A DNA stretch of 64,000 nt, from positions 320,001 to 384,000 of the forward strand of contig CAWJCS010000003.1 in assembly GCA_963841435.1 (NCBI GenBank), in the 5' to 3' direction. This DNA is from an uncultured delta proteobacterium (GTDB taxonomy: Bacteria > Myxococcota_A > Polyangia > Polyangiales > Polyangiaceae). A program made the translations under genes and the position numbers. How positions within the stretch are numbered: position 1 is the stretch's first letter; each line of letters opens with the position of its first letter. The notes under the pieces are model-generated. The model was not told the origin of the DNA. It saw only the letters and a list, made by a program, of their open reading frames with translations, and made no database searches. Positions 10,558-20,534 of this stretch are shown piece by piece.

Positions 10558-11463
10558 CTAGTTCTGCTCGATCCGCACGTCGCGAATCCCCAGTCGGAGC
10601 TGTTTCGTACGCGGTCGGCGCTCGATGATCGTCGCTGCCTCTTGGAGGCCGTGACGTGCAAAGTGCTTTCGCACGCGGAACACGTCGCCGTCAACCTGCT
10701 CGGGTGACATGCGCAAGCCTCGGGCAAGCTCGTCCTTGTCCATCCAACCGCAAGCGGTCGGCTCGAGCCCGCCGGCGAGGTCTGCGAGGTAGGAGCGAGC
10801 GAGCGTGAGTAAAAGGAAGTTGTGCCCGCGGGCCCCCAGCGAGATACGTCGGATTGGGTACTCGAGGGTTAGCTCGACGTACTCCTCGTCGGACGACACG
10901 ACGAACCGGAGCGCGGGGGTCGGGCCCTCTTCCAGGGTCGCCGTCGCCTCGCTCGCGAGGGGCAAGGAGAAGCGAAAGCAACGTCCCGAGACCTCGAGCG
11001 TCTCTCCATCTTGCAGCGACCGCACGCCGCCGTCCGTCATTTCGATGGTCCACGACCCGTCCGCATTCCGGAACGCCGTACATTCCGGATGGGCCGCCGT
11101 AGGGATCCCGATGAGGCCCGAGCTCCCAGGAAGGATCTCGCCGTCGTCGAGGGCGAGCGCCAATGGCTCTGGTTCGGCTGCGTCGACGAGGAGCCACGTC
11201 TCGTCGGGATGGCCGAAGCTCATCGTGGCGCCCTTCGCCAGCGGGTAGGGGCGCCCCGGCTCGACAATCTCGCCGTTGAGCCGCGTTCCGTTGCGGCTGC
11301 CACGATCGATCAGCTCCCAGCCGCCTCGCCAGCGGATCAACGCGTGCTGGCTCGAGACGTAGCTCTCCGACAACCTGAGGGCACATTCGGGACCACGACC
11401 GACGAGATGCTGGCTCAGCAGCCGCTGTGGTTCAGACGCAGTTTCGCGGCGAATGTCGCCCAT
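10558..11463 (-). CDS. FHA-domain protein with C-terminal HTH-like region
   Basis: VGRG...VSSQHA...DRGSRNGT FHA signature. Confidence 0.8.
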   Translation of the reverse strand: MGDIRRETASEPQRLLSQHLVGRGPECALRLSESYVSSQHALIRWRGGWELIDRGSRNGTRLNGEIVEPGRPYPLAKGATMSFGHPDETWLLVDAAEPEPLALALDDGEILPGSSGLIGIPTAAHPECTAFRNADGSWTIEMTDGGVRSLQDGETLEVSGRCFRFSLPLASEATATLEEGPTPALRFVVSSDEEYVELTLEYPIRRISLGARGHNFLLLTLARSYLADLAGGLEPTACGWMDKDELARGLRMSPEQVDGDVFRVRKHFARHGLQEAATIIERRPRTKQLRLGIRDVRIEQN

Positions 11464-11650
11464 CGGTGGATCCGACGAGTAGACCACTCTCCGATGAGTT
11501 GCGAGGGAGTGCGATGGACCGGCCGCGGTTCGAGGAGTACGAGGGGGAAAGGAAGAGCCCCGCGAAGGCCTGGCCGTCGCCAGACCCTGGGTCAAACGCT
11601 CCCATTTCGACCTCTCGCCCAGCCGCCAGAACCGAGGTAGCAGTCCAGCC

Positions 11651-12634
11651 ATGACAGGAAGCGGGGTCGTCGCGTTCTGTACCGCGCTCCTCGTGCTTGC
11701 CGCCACGGGGTCTGCGCACGCTGGGAACGTCGATCACGCGGAGGAAGCATTCCAGCGGGGTCGTACCTTTCTCGGGGAGGGGCGGTACGCCGAGGCATGC
11801 CAGAGTTTCGAGGAGAGTCAGCGCGAAGATCCCGCTTCCGGAACGCTCTTGGCGCTTGCCTACTGTCAGGAGCTCTCGGGCCTTTTAGCGAGCGCCTACA
11901 AGAACTACCGCGCCGCGGCGGAGCTCGCACAGACGGAGGGAAAATCGGAGCGCCGTGACGCGGCTACGCAGCAATCCAAGGCGCTCGAGCAGCGGGTTTC
12001 AGTGCTGACGATCCTCGTGCCACCGAATCTCGCCGGCAATCCCGCCCTGCGCGTCATGCTCGACGGCGCCGAGGTTGGGCGCGCAAAATTCGGGACGCCC
12101 ATCCCCGTCAACGGCGGTAACTATCGCGTCGAAGCCGTCGTCGGCGGGGCATCGTGGTCGACGAACGTCGCCGTGAAAAAGGAGCGCGATGCGAAGACCC
12201 TCATCGTGGAGCTCGCCGTGGCGCCACCCGAGCCCGCGCCGCCCGCCGCCGTCCCTCCGGCGCGCTCGCCGCCGCGCGATCGCGGGCGTGCGCGAACCCT
12301 CGAAGTCGTCAGCGCCGGGCTCGCGATCGGTAGCGCCGTTTCGCTGGCCGGCGGGGCTGCGTTCGCTTTGCGAGCGGATGCCAAGAACAGAGCCTCGAAC
12401 CGCGACGGCCACTGCAACGCGACCGGCTGTGACGAACGCGGCGTCGCGCTGAGAAATAATGCGTTTTCCGCCGCCCACACCGCCACCTGGTTGGTCGTGA
12501 CGAGCGGCATCCTCGCCGCCGGTGCCGCGGGGCTCTACGTCGGAACGACGCTCGGCCTGGGCGAGCACTCGGCCCGCATCGACGCGAGCGTCGCGCTCGG
12601 CGGCGTGAGGGTGCTCGTCACGGAGCCCCTTTGA
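11651..12634 (+). CDS. TPR + PEGA-like membrane protein
   Basis: Signal peptide, TPR (RYAEACQSFEES...GTLLALAYCQE), PEGA-like beta region, C-terminal TM helices. Confidence 0.7.
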   Translation: MTGSGVVAFCTALLVLAATGSAHAGNVDHAEEAFQRGRTFLGEGRYAEACQSFEESQREDPASGTLLALAYCQELSGLLASAYKNYRAAAELAQTEGKSERRDAATQQSKALEQRVSVLTILVPPNLAGNPALRVMLDGAEVGRAKFGTPIPVNGGNYRVEAVVGGASWSTNVAVKKERDAKTLIVELAVAPPEPAPPAAVPPARSPPRDRGRARTLEVVSAGLAIGSAVSLAGGAAFALRADAKNRASNRDGHCNATGCDERGVALRNNAFSAAHTATWLVVTSGILAAGAAGLYVGTTLGLGEHSARIDASVALGGVRVLVTEPL

Positions 12635-12667
12635 GGTGTCCGTTCGGGTGAGGGCGCGCCCGGGGCG

Positions 12668-13102
12668 TCAGGTACAGGGGCCCCACTTCGTCTCGGACGC
12701 GCTCACCGAAACGCAGGTCTTCGTCAACCCGTCCAAGCACATCCTCTTGTCGCCGACGTAGCAGCGGCAAGCTCCCGAAAGGGTCGGCCCGTACTCACAG
12801 ACCTTGGGCCCGCCTCCCGGCGGCGCGATGCAAGCGGCTGCCGTGCAGGCGTGCTGGCCGCTGAGGCAGCCGGGGACCGAACAGGCGCCCGGGCCCGGAG
12901 TCGCTGCCGTGCCGGCCGTGCCCGCCGTGCCCGACTCGGGCGGCAATGCGGTCGTCGTCGTGGAGGCAGACGCCGCTGGGATACTCACGCTGACAGCAGG
13001 GCAAGGACTCGGGCAGGGGCTCGGGCAGTCGGGGCATTTGCAAGCGCCCGAAAAGCCACCGAGCAAAGTAGCAGCCAGCATGCCAAATCGCGGATGGTTC
13101 AT
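12668..13102 (-). CDS. Small Cys-rich secreted/lipoprotein
   Basis: MNHPRFG signal, ACKCPDCPSPCPSPC, Cys-rich C-terminus; directly follows the FGE gene with a GAGGGAG RBS. Confidence 0.6.
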   Translation of the reverse strand: MNHPRFGMLAATLLGGFSGACKCPDCPSPCPSPCPAVSVSIPAASASTTTTALPPESGTAGTAGTAATPGPGACSVPGCLSGQHACTAAACIAPPGGGPKVCEYGPTLSGACRCYVGDKRMCLDGLTKTCVSVSASETKWGPCT

Positions 13103-13115
13103 GGGTCGATCTCCC

Positions 13116-14618
13116 TCACTGTTCGGTGGATGAATCTCGTGCACATCGGAAGCCATAGAGATTGTCAACGTTGTAAGCAACGGACGAGCTCCGCGCCCCC
13201 GAGCGCAGATATTGGGAAACGAGTGGGAATCCACCACCGCGCACCACGCGTTCGTCGTCCAGATCCGGCCAGGGAACCATGCAGTCCGTGCCGCAGGACG
13301 CAGGCGGCGCATCGCTCCATTGATCGGCCACCCATTCCATTACATTTCCGGCCAGGTCCTCGTGGCCCTGCCCCGTGTTCCGGTAGTAGCCGCCCTGGCC
13401 ACTCGGGTGGCTCCCGACCGGTGACGGCAGAAGCGGAACCGGATCCGGCGGAGCGTGGTAGCTGGCGCGCGACGTGTCGATCGTGACGTCCGCAATGGAT
13501 TGGGACCAGGGGTAGGGCCGTTGGTGGTCACCAAAGGCAGCCGCGTAGTTCCACTCTGCCTCGGTCGGGAGCCGCCCCCCGTCGAAGACGCAGAATGCGA
13601 ACGCAACGTACCAGTTGACGCAGTTGATGGGCAGCGTCTGATCGTTCTCTCGGTAAGTGCTGCTCTCTTTGCAATGCGAGAGGTCACCCACCTGCGCCTC
13701 GAGCGCATCGCTCGTCGGCGGCACCGCCGTCTCCCCGCTATGGTCCCAGTCAGGAAGGCTCTCCCAGCTTTTGCGCCAACCCGACATGGGGATTCGCGGG
13801 TGCGCACCGACGCCTTCCTGAGGCAGCGAGTATGCGGTGATGAAGGCCTCGAAGCGCCCGACCGTGACCTCGAACCGATCCAGATAATAGTCACCGACCG
13901 TGCGCGGGTACGAAAGGTCCGGATCTTCAACGTCGCCCTTGCCCATCTCGTACGTCCCACCCGGGATCCAAATCGTGTCACAGCAGCTCGCGTTGCTCGC
14001 GCAAGGGGTCGTCGTGGTGCCGGGGGCGCAACTCCTGGCTTCCTTGCAAACGCCGTCTTGGCAGTAGCCGGTGCACTCGTCGCCCGCGTCGCTCCAGACG
14101 CCGTCGTTGCATTGCTCCGGTTGATACGCGTTGCAGCGCAGAGCTCCGGGCTCGCAGGCGGTCGCGTCGCCGCCGCTGGAGCCCGCGGTGCCGGCGTTCG
14201 TGAAGCCGCCGCTCGCGCCCGCGCCGCCTTCATCGCTATCGCCGGCTTCACCGCCCGTGCCACTCGAGCTCCCGCGGCCTGCTGTCGCCGATCCGCCGCG
14301 GCCCGATCGGCCGCTTTGCTGCCCTCCCTCGCCAGGAGCACCGCCGTCGCGATTGCCTCCGGTGCCGCCGAGCTCGTCAGCCGTAGCCGCCGTGCCTCCA
14401 CTCGCCGCGCTTCCGCTCGCCGTGCCTCCCATCGTGCCCGCTTCACCTCCGGCACCCGCCTCGGAGCACGACGCCTCCAGGCATTCGGAACGCGGAACCG
14501 GCTGCTCCAAACCGAGCACGGACTCGCAAGAGACCATCAGCAGCAGCACCCATGGCGCGCCGCGCAGGGCGCGCCGCCTCGAGTCAGCGGTTGCCACGGG
14601 GCTGCGGTACCACGGCAC
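13116..14618 (-). CDS. FGE-sulfatase (SUMF1/EgtB/PvdO family) domain lipoprotein
   Basis: Gly-rich linker; LDRFEVTVGRF, RLPTEAEW, DLAGNVMEW, GFRCAR. Confidence 0.85.
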   Translation of the reverse strand: MPWYRSPVATADSRRRALRGAPWVLLLMVSCESVLGLEQPVPRSECLEASCSEAGAGGEAGTMGGTASGSAASGGTAATADELGGTGGNRDGGAPGEGGQQSGRSGRGGSATAGRGSSSGTGGEAGDSDEGGAGASGGFTNAGTAGSSGGDATACEPGALRCNAYQPEQCNDGVWSDAGDECTGYCQDGVCKEARSCAPGTTTTPCASNASCCDTIWIPGGTYEMGKGDVEDPDLSYPRTVGDYYLDRFEVTVGRFEAFITAYSLPQEGVGAHPRIPMSGWRKSWESLPDWDHSGETAVPPTSDALEAQVGDLSHCKESSTYRENDQTLPINCVNWYVAFAFCVFDGGRLPTEAEWNYAAAFGDHQRPYPWSQSIADVTIDTSRASYHAPPDPVPLLPSPVGSHPSGQGGYYRNTGQGHEDLAGNVMEWVADQWSDAPPASCGTDCMVPWPDLDDERVVRGGGFPLVSQYLRSGARSSSVAYNVDNLYGFRCARDSSTEQ

Positions 14619-14750
14619 CTACGGGACGTCATGTTCAATTCTGTGCGCGCCCGACGTGGACTAGTCATTTTTCGACTCGTGTCGATCGACGCTAGGCGCG
14701 AGGCTCGGCGCGTAGGTAGCATCCACCGCGAGCGCGTCAGCGGAAGACCG

Positions 14751-15539
14751 ATGTCATCACTCCGTCGCACACATCGGGTGATCTTCAGCCTCGCTCTTCT
14801 CGCGAGCGGTTGTACGTGTACGCCCGAGCCCCCGACGGACGACACGGACGTCGAGCCCGGGCCTCTCGAGGCGACGCCGGGAGGGACCGCAGGCGTCACG
14901 GAGGGCGGCAGCGGTGTCGCGGGCAGCAGCGGTATGGCGGGCAGCAGCGGTGTCGCGGGTAGCGGTGGGATGACGTTCAGTGGAGCGCCGGCCGGCGGAA
15001 GCGGCGGCGGGACCTGCGTGCCAGCGGCATGGGACAGCCTGTCGATCGCGGTCTTTCCCCAGCAATCGAGCCAATTGTGCTGGGCAGGCGTCACGCAGAT
15101 GATCGCGGCGTTCTTCGGGGTCAACGTCCCGAGTCAGTGTCAGCTGCTGGGCACCGAGTGCCCCACGTGCGTCGGATGTCCCGAGTCCGCGGTCGCGGCG
15201 GAGGGCCCCTGCAATCACGGGGGGTGGCCGGCCTTCTCGGTGATTGGGCTCGAGGCGAAGCGCACCGAGGGCACGGCGTTGGCGCTCGATGACCTGAAGC
15301 GGGAGATCAGTTGCTTCAGGCGACCGGTGGCCTTCACGTGGCATCTCGGCTCGCCGTTCGTCGGTCACATCATGCTCGCTTTCGGCTACGACGGCGACGT
15401 GATTTCGATCGCCGATCCCCTGAACGAGTGCGAGGGATCGACTCGAGACATCCCCTACGAGACGTATGTCGAAGGGCACGTCCCGGGAACGACGACGCAT
15501 TGGGACGATTTTTACGGCATCGAGAAGGTGGAGCCCTAG
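14751..15539 (+). CDS. Papain-like cysteine peptidase lipoprotein (C39/C70/C47-like)
   Basis: Lipobox LASGC, Gly linker, PQQSSQLCWA (oxyanion Gln plus catalytic Cys), GHIMLAFGY (His), IADP (Asp). Confidence 0.7.
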   Translation: MSSLRRTHRVIFSLALLASGCTCTPEPPTDDTDVEPGPLEATPGGTAGVTEGGSGVAGSSGMAGSSGVAGSGGMTFSGAPAGGSGGGTCVPAAWDSLSIAVFPQQSSQLCWAGVTQMIAAFFGVNVPSQCQLLGTECPTCVGCPESAVAAEGPCNHGGWPAFSVIGLEAKRTEGTALALDDLKREISCFRRPVAFTWHLGSPFVGHIMLAFGYDGDVISIADPLNECEGSTRDIPYETYVEGHVPGTTTHWDDFYGIEKVEP

Positions 15540-15541
15540 TG

Positions 15542-16402
15542 ATGTTGCCTCGCCCGTCGATTCCAGTCCTGGTTTTGGTGATGCTCGCCACCGTCTTCTC
15601 GTCCGGGTGCCGTGATCGGAAGAACACGCAGAAGGATGCCGGTTCCGGAGCGTCACGCGATGCCGCGGTCCCCGCCGATGCCGCGGTCCCCGCCGATGCC
15701 GCAATTCCCGCCGATGCCGCGGCCCCCGTGAATGCCGGTGCAGGGATTCTCGGAGAGGGCGTCACCGTACCGGACGATGTCCTCGAGCTCGAGCAGTCCA
15801 ACGCGGCCCGGGAACCGTGGCTGAAGGCACGCGATCAGGCGGTCGCACGGCTCGCCGGACTGGCGCTTCACGGCGATCCCCGCCGGTTGGGCTTCCTGAC
15901 CGCGCCGGACCCGAAAGTGCTGAAGGCGCTCGACCCATTTCCGACCGCCACGGTGTATCTCGACGAGCTAAAGACGTACGTTGCCGCGACGGATCCGGCG
16001 CGCTTGATCAAGCCAGACCGGAGACTCACCTTTCCGATTCTGATCGGAAACGTCGTCGTGAGCTCTGTCACGTTGCAAAGCTCCGACAACGAGTGGAAGG
16101 CCGCAGCCTACGGCGATGCCAACACCATCCGCGCCGTCATGCGTACGCGCATCGCTGCCGCCCACCCCGCGGGGCACGTGCCAGCCCTCCTGGAGGGGAA
16201 GAGCGCGCAATATGCCATCGTCAGTGTGGCCGGGCTGAATCAGCTGTTCTTGGCGGCCCGGGGGCGATCGAAACAGCTTTACCTGGTCCCCGTCTTCTCG
16301 AAGAAGAGCCTCGACTTCTCGGCGGGGGTACCCGTCCTCGCGCAGGAGGTCCTCCTCAAGCTTCGACCCCTGGCGCGCGCTCACGGCGGCCTGCCGACGT
16401 GA
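15542..16402 (+). CDS. Hypothetical lipoprotein immediately downstream of the peptidase
   Basis: Starts 2 nt after the peptidase stop; lipobox SSGC; about four DAA(V/I)PA-type repeats; globular C-terminal region. Confidence 0.65.
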   Translation: MLPRPSIPVLVLVMLATVFSSGCRDRKNTQKDAGSGASRDAAVPADAAVPADAAIPADAAAPVNAGAGILGEGVTVPDDVLELEQSNAAREPWLKARDQAVARLAGLALHGDPRRLGFLTAPDPKVLKALDPFPTATVYLDELKTYVAATDPARLIKPDRRLTFPILIGNVVVSSVTLQSSDNEWKAAAYGDANTIRAVMRTRIAAAHPAGHVPALLEGKSAQYAIVSVAGLNQLFLAARGRSKQLYLVPVFSKKSLDFSAGVPVLAQEVLLKLRPLARAHGGLPT

Positions 16403-16422
16403 TGTCGAAAGCCGCGTTCGGC

Positions 16423-17907
16423 TCAACGCCTCGTGGTGATGAGTCGCTCGATGAGCGGGGACCGTCCGTCGGGCGAGAGCTCGGCTGACTTCACGGGCGC
16501 GTCGTCGGGCGAGCGAGCGCTCTCGCTTTCAGGTGCTGCCGCCGCTGCCGCTGGCTCGGGAGCTTTCGTGCGCGCGACACGGGCCGCGGGCTTCGGCCTG
16601 ACCTGGGGCGCGAGCGGCGGCGCGGGCGCACGTTGCTCTGCGGCGGGCTCCGTCACTCGTACCGTGGTCATCTCCTCCAGGCTCGCGCCCTCGACCTCGG
16701 GAATCTCGTTCTTCGCCTCGGCGGGCGCCGCCGGCTCCGTTTTCGTCGGTCGAGGTAAAGGTGGCTCGTCGCCCCGTCAACTCAACGCGAAACCGACCAG
16801 CGAGAGCGTCGTGAGCGCTCCGACGACGACGGCCGCCGCGAAACGTCTGGACCGAAGCGGCTCGCGCCCGCGGTCCGAGCTCGGGGTGCTGCGATCCAGG
16901 TCAGTCCCGGGAAGGGTGGTCGTCACGTCGAGGGGCTCGTCCCCCAATCTGGACGTCAGCCCCCGGATGCGCTTGAACGAAGCACGCCCCTCCTCGCTTC
17001 CGAACGGTGCGAGGGCCGCAGCAACCTCGCGAACCGTGGCATAGCGCTGACTCTTGGCTTTGGCGAGACAGCGCAGGACGACGCGATCGAGCTCCGGAGA
17101 CAGGCCGGGGTCCGGCCGCCGCTTGCTCGGCGGCTCGGGCTCGACGCTGCGAATCAAATACACGAGATCAGGGTACGTGTTGGCGCGAAACGGATGACTC
17201 CCGCAGAGGAGCTCGTAGAGCGTCACGCCGATAGCCCAAACGTCCGAGCAGACATCAACGTCGCCCGGGTTCTGCAGCTGCTCGGGGGACATGTAGGCCG
17301 GAGACCCGAGTCGCGTTTCGTCGGAGGCCATGGTGGTGACCATGTCGGCGTCGTTGGGCTCGAGCGTCTTGGCGATGCCGAAATCCAGCACCTTCACCAG
17401 GGGAGTGCCGTCGGCACGCCGCGTCACGAACAGATTTCCCGGCTTGAGATCACGGTGGATGACACCGCGCTGATGGCCCTCGGCGATGGCTTCGAGCGCC
17501 TGTAAGAGATAGTCAACGGCACGTTCCCGCGGCAGGAAGCCGCTGTCGGCCAGCATCGCGCCCAGGTCGTGCCCCTCGAGATACTCCATGACGAAAAACG
17601 GAGTTCCGTCCGAAAGTGTCGAGATCTCGAGAAGGCGCACGACGTGCTCGCTCGTGATGCGGCTCGCCGCGCGCGCCTCGCGAATGAAGCGCTGCACGGC
17701 GCGCTCGGAGTTGGCAAGGCTAGGGAGCAGGAACTTGATGGCGACCTGTCGATCGAGGAGCTGATCCCTCGCCGCGATGACCACCCCCATACCGCCCACG
17801 CCGAGCTGGCGGCCGGCGACGTACTTGCCCTCCAGGAGCTCGCCCTCGGAGACGGGTGCGAGTTTCTGGCCGTCGCCGCTCTCGGAATCCTCGCTATGGA
17901 TGGTCAT
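16423..17907 (-). CDS. Ser/Thr protein kinase with TM helix; in-frame TGA at 16777-16779
   Basis: GVGGMG, VAIK, HRDLKPGN, DFG, YMSPEQ, DVW. The Pro/Ala-rich extracytoplasmic tail continues in the same frame after the internal stop. Confidence 0.85.
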
Positions 17908-18258
17908 CGCCTGCGCGCGGGGCGCCCTCGGGTCAGCGCCCGGAACGATACCAGCGCTGAACCAGCTGCAACAGCGGGCAGCGTACGCCCCAAATCGTGC
18001 GGGTTCCAAGCATAGGCTCCGCGAGCTCCGGCGCATTGCCGTCCGGGCGTGCCCATCGCGCCGGGACCCGCGCGCGATGCCTTGGACCGCGGCGACGGAC
18101 TCTCCGGGGCTCGACTGTGTCAATCCGGCGTCAACTCGTGCGAGGCACATGCCCGGGGCGACCAGACCCGACGAAGCGGTCGCCGAGGAGCGACATCGGA
18201 ACCTGCGCAACGGAGCGCACGTGAGACGGAGTCGATCATCTGCTATCGTCACCCGCTC

Positions 18259-18844
18259 ATGAAGCACCTGAGTCGTTGGGTGTCAGGACGGGCAGCGCCG
18301 CTCTTCGCCTTCCTGACGCTCGGTTGCTCCTTCGCGATGACCACGGCGCCGAGCCACCCCAGCCAGCGGACGCGGCGTGCCGCAGAGCAATGCACGAAGA
18401 GCATGATGGTGCCCGTGCTCGACGTTCTGGCCGCCGGGGTTGGAGCCTACAACGTCACCATTTCGGCAACGGCGAAGGATCAGGTCGAACATCTATGGTG
18501 CAACTGTCGACAAGAAGGTCGGTCTCACACTCGGCATTGCCCAGCTCGCTCTGTACGGCGCCGGCGCGGCGTACGGCTTCGTCCAGATGGGGCGCTGCAG
18601 CAAGCTCAGAGTCGAGACCGGTTTGGCTCGCAGTGCCACCACGCCGAAGGCCCCGACGCCGAAGGCCTCGCACGCGCTGATCGCCGGGGAGCACGCACCT
18701 GGCTCGGAGGACGACCACGAGACCCCCCCGTCGGCACCCGGCGCGGCGACCCCCGAACCACCGCGCGAGCTTCCCGACTGGTCTGCGTTTCGGCGCGTTC
18801 CGCTCGGCCCACCCGGCGTGTCGGCCACGCCCGCCCACGAGTGA
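18259..18844 (+). CDS. Hypothetical lipoprotein/membrane protein, frameshift near 18490
   Basis: Lipobox TLGC, C...PVLD helix; second frame gives a hydrophobic helix ending YGFVQMGRC. Confidence 0.55.
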
Positions 18845-19335
18845 TGTCTCGGCCAGCCCCCGCTCGACGGCTCGCGTGGCGCGTTCTCGGCGTCTCGCTC
18901 GCGCTCGCGACGGCGTCACTCGGGTGCGCGGGGCCGCGCTGGCTCGAGCGCAGAAAACTCGGTCCCATCGAGATGCCGCGGCACCTTTCGATCATGGTGT
19001 TCAAGAGCCAACAGGTGCGCGAGGTCGATCGCGACGGCGTGAGCGACGCCGTCGCCGAAGCGTTGAGCCAGGAGCTCCACGATTGGGGCATCGAAACGGA
19101 GGTCGTCAACCTTTCGGGCGAGCCGCGGCTCCCCAGGATCGAGCTCGCGTTCTGGACCTATTACGCTGCGGGTGGCTACGGTGGGGCCAGCATCACCGCG
19201 GACTGCGCCTTCGTCTCGCACACCGATCACGTGGTGTTCGTCGGCCGCATCAACGCGCCCCGCAAGGACGGTGACATAGACGCGAGCGCCAAGGTCATGG
19301 CGAAAGCCATCGCCGACGTGCTGACCGAGCGCTGA
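18844..19335 (+). CDS. Hypothetical lipoprotein
   Basis: Start overlaps the upstream stop (TGATG); lipobox SLGC; globular sequence. Confidence 0.6.
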   Translation: MSRPAPARRLAWRVLGVSLALATASLGCAGPRWLERRKLGPIEMPRHLSIMVFKSQQVREVDRDGVSDAVAEALSQELHDWGIETEVVNLSGEPRLPRIELAFWTYYAAGGYGGASITADCAFVSHTDHVVFVGRINAPRKDGDIDASAKVMAKAIADVLTER

Positions 19336-19406
19336 GCCCGGCACCTCGACGCGAAGCTGTAAGCTCCGGGGCGGGCCACGCGTTGTACCTGAGAAAGGCA
19401 GGGAAA

Positions 19407-20300
19407 ATGGCCCAGCGCGCGTTGCTCGTCACGGTGCTCGGATGGTCGTGCGTCGTGTCGGTGTTGGTGGCTTGCTCGCGGGGCGCCCCGGAGCCGTCGG
19501 GCGCCGGGGCGCCGAGCCCGCCCCCCGTGGCACAGGCGGCGGTAAACCCCGGGGGTGCCGACGCGAAGGGCGACGCCGCTCCCGCGACCCTGCGCCGCGT
19601 CGTCCAGCAGGCGTCGCTCGGGCTCGAGGTCGTCTCGCCCCCCGACGCAGAGGCCCAGGTTGCTCGCATTGTGCAGCGTGCCGGTGGTTACGTTGCGAGC
19701 GCCGAGCGAAGCGCGTCGGAGGCCGAAGGCGAGCGCGCAGCGAGCTCGGTGACGGTAACGCTGCGCGTGCCGTCCGCGGCGTTCTCGACGGTGCTGGTCG
19801 AGCTCAGGCGACTCGGAGAGGGCTCCGGCTCGGAGCGCATCACCACCGAGGACGTGACGGAAGAGTTCATCGACCTCGAGGCACGCCTGCACAACCAGGA
19901 GCGCCTCGAGCAGCAGTTTCTCGTGATCCTCGGACAGGCGAAGAAGGTCGACGAAGCCCTCGGCGTGCAGCGCGAGCTCGCGACGGTCCGCACCGAGATC
20001 GAACGGCTCGAAGGGCGGCGGAGGTTTCTCGAGCACGAGACGGCGCTCGCGACGATCACGCTATCGCTCACCGAAAAGCGGCCGTTCGTGAGCGCATCGT
20101 TCGCCGACCTCGGCCACGCGGCACGCCGCGCCGGCTCGGACGCCATCGAGGTGAGCGCGTCGGTCGTCACGGGCAGCCTGCGGTTCGTCGGCGTGACGTT
20201 GCCGCTCGTCCTTTTCTTCGGCCTGCCGGCGGCCGGGCTCATCCGCGCGGCCAGGGCGCGGCGCCGCCGACGCATGGGGCCCGTCACGGAGACTGGCTGA
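19407..20300 (+). CDS. DUF4349-domain lipoprotein
   Basis: TLRVPS, EDVTEEFIDLEARL, coiled coil, C-terminal TM helix. Confidence 0.8.
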   Translation: MAQRALLVTVLGWSCVVSVLVACSRGAPEPSGAGAPSPPPVAQAAVNPGGADAKGDAAPATLRRVVQQASLGLEVVSPPDAEAQVARIVQRAGGYVASAERSASEAEGERAASSVTVTLRVPSAAFSTVLVELRRLGEGSGSERITTEDVTEEFIDLEARLHNQERLEQQFLVILGQAKKVDEALGVQRELATVRTEIERLEGRRRFLEHETALATITLSLTEKRPFVSASFADLGHAARRAGSDAIEVSASVVTGSLRFVGVTLPLVLFFGLPAAGLIRAARARRRRRMGPVTETG

Positions 20301-20534
20301 AGCCGTCCATCGCGACGGGGCCGCGCGGGGCGCCATTTTCGGCCCCGGCGTCGCCCCCGGCAACGCGTGCGCTCCCTGCCCCCGCAGCCAGGCGCCCCAA
20401 AAAGCAGCACTCCCGCAACGCACACCCAGCTCTTTCCCACGTGCATTCAGTCTCGGGTGTCGCCGACCGTCGGAAGTGGCTCAGCGACCGCGAGCCGATC
20501 GGGGACGTCGGGTACACTTACCGAAGGAGGACCA

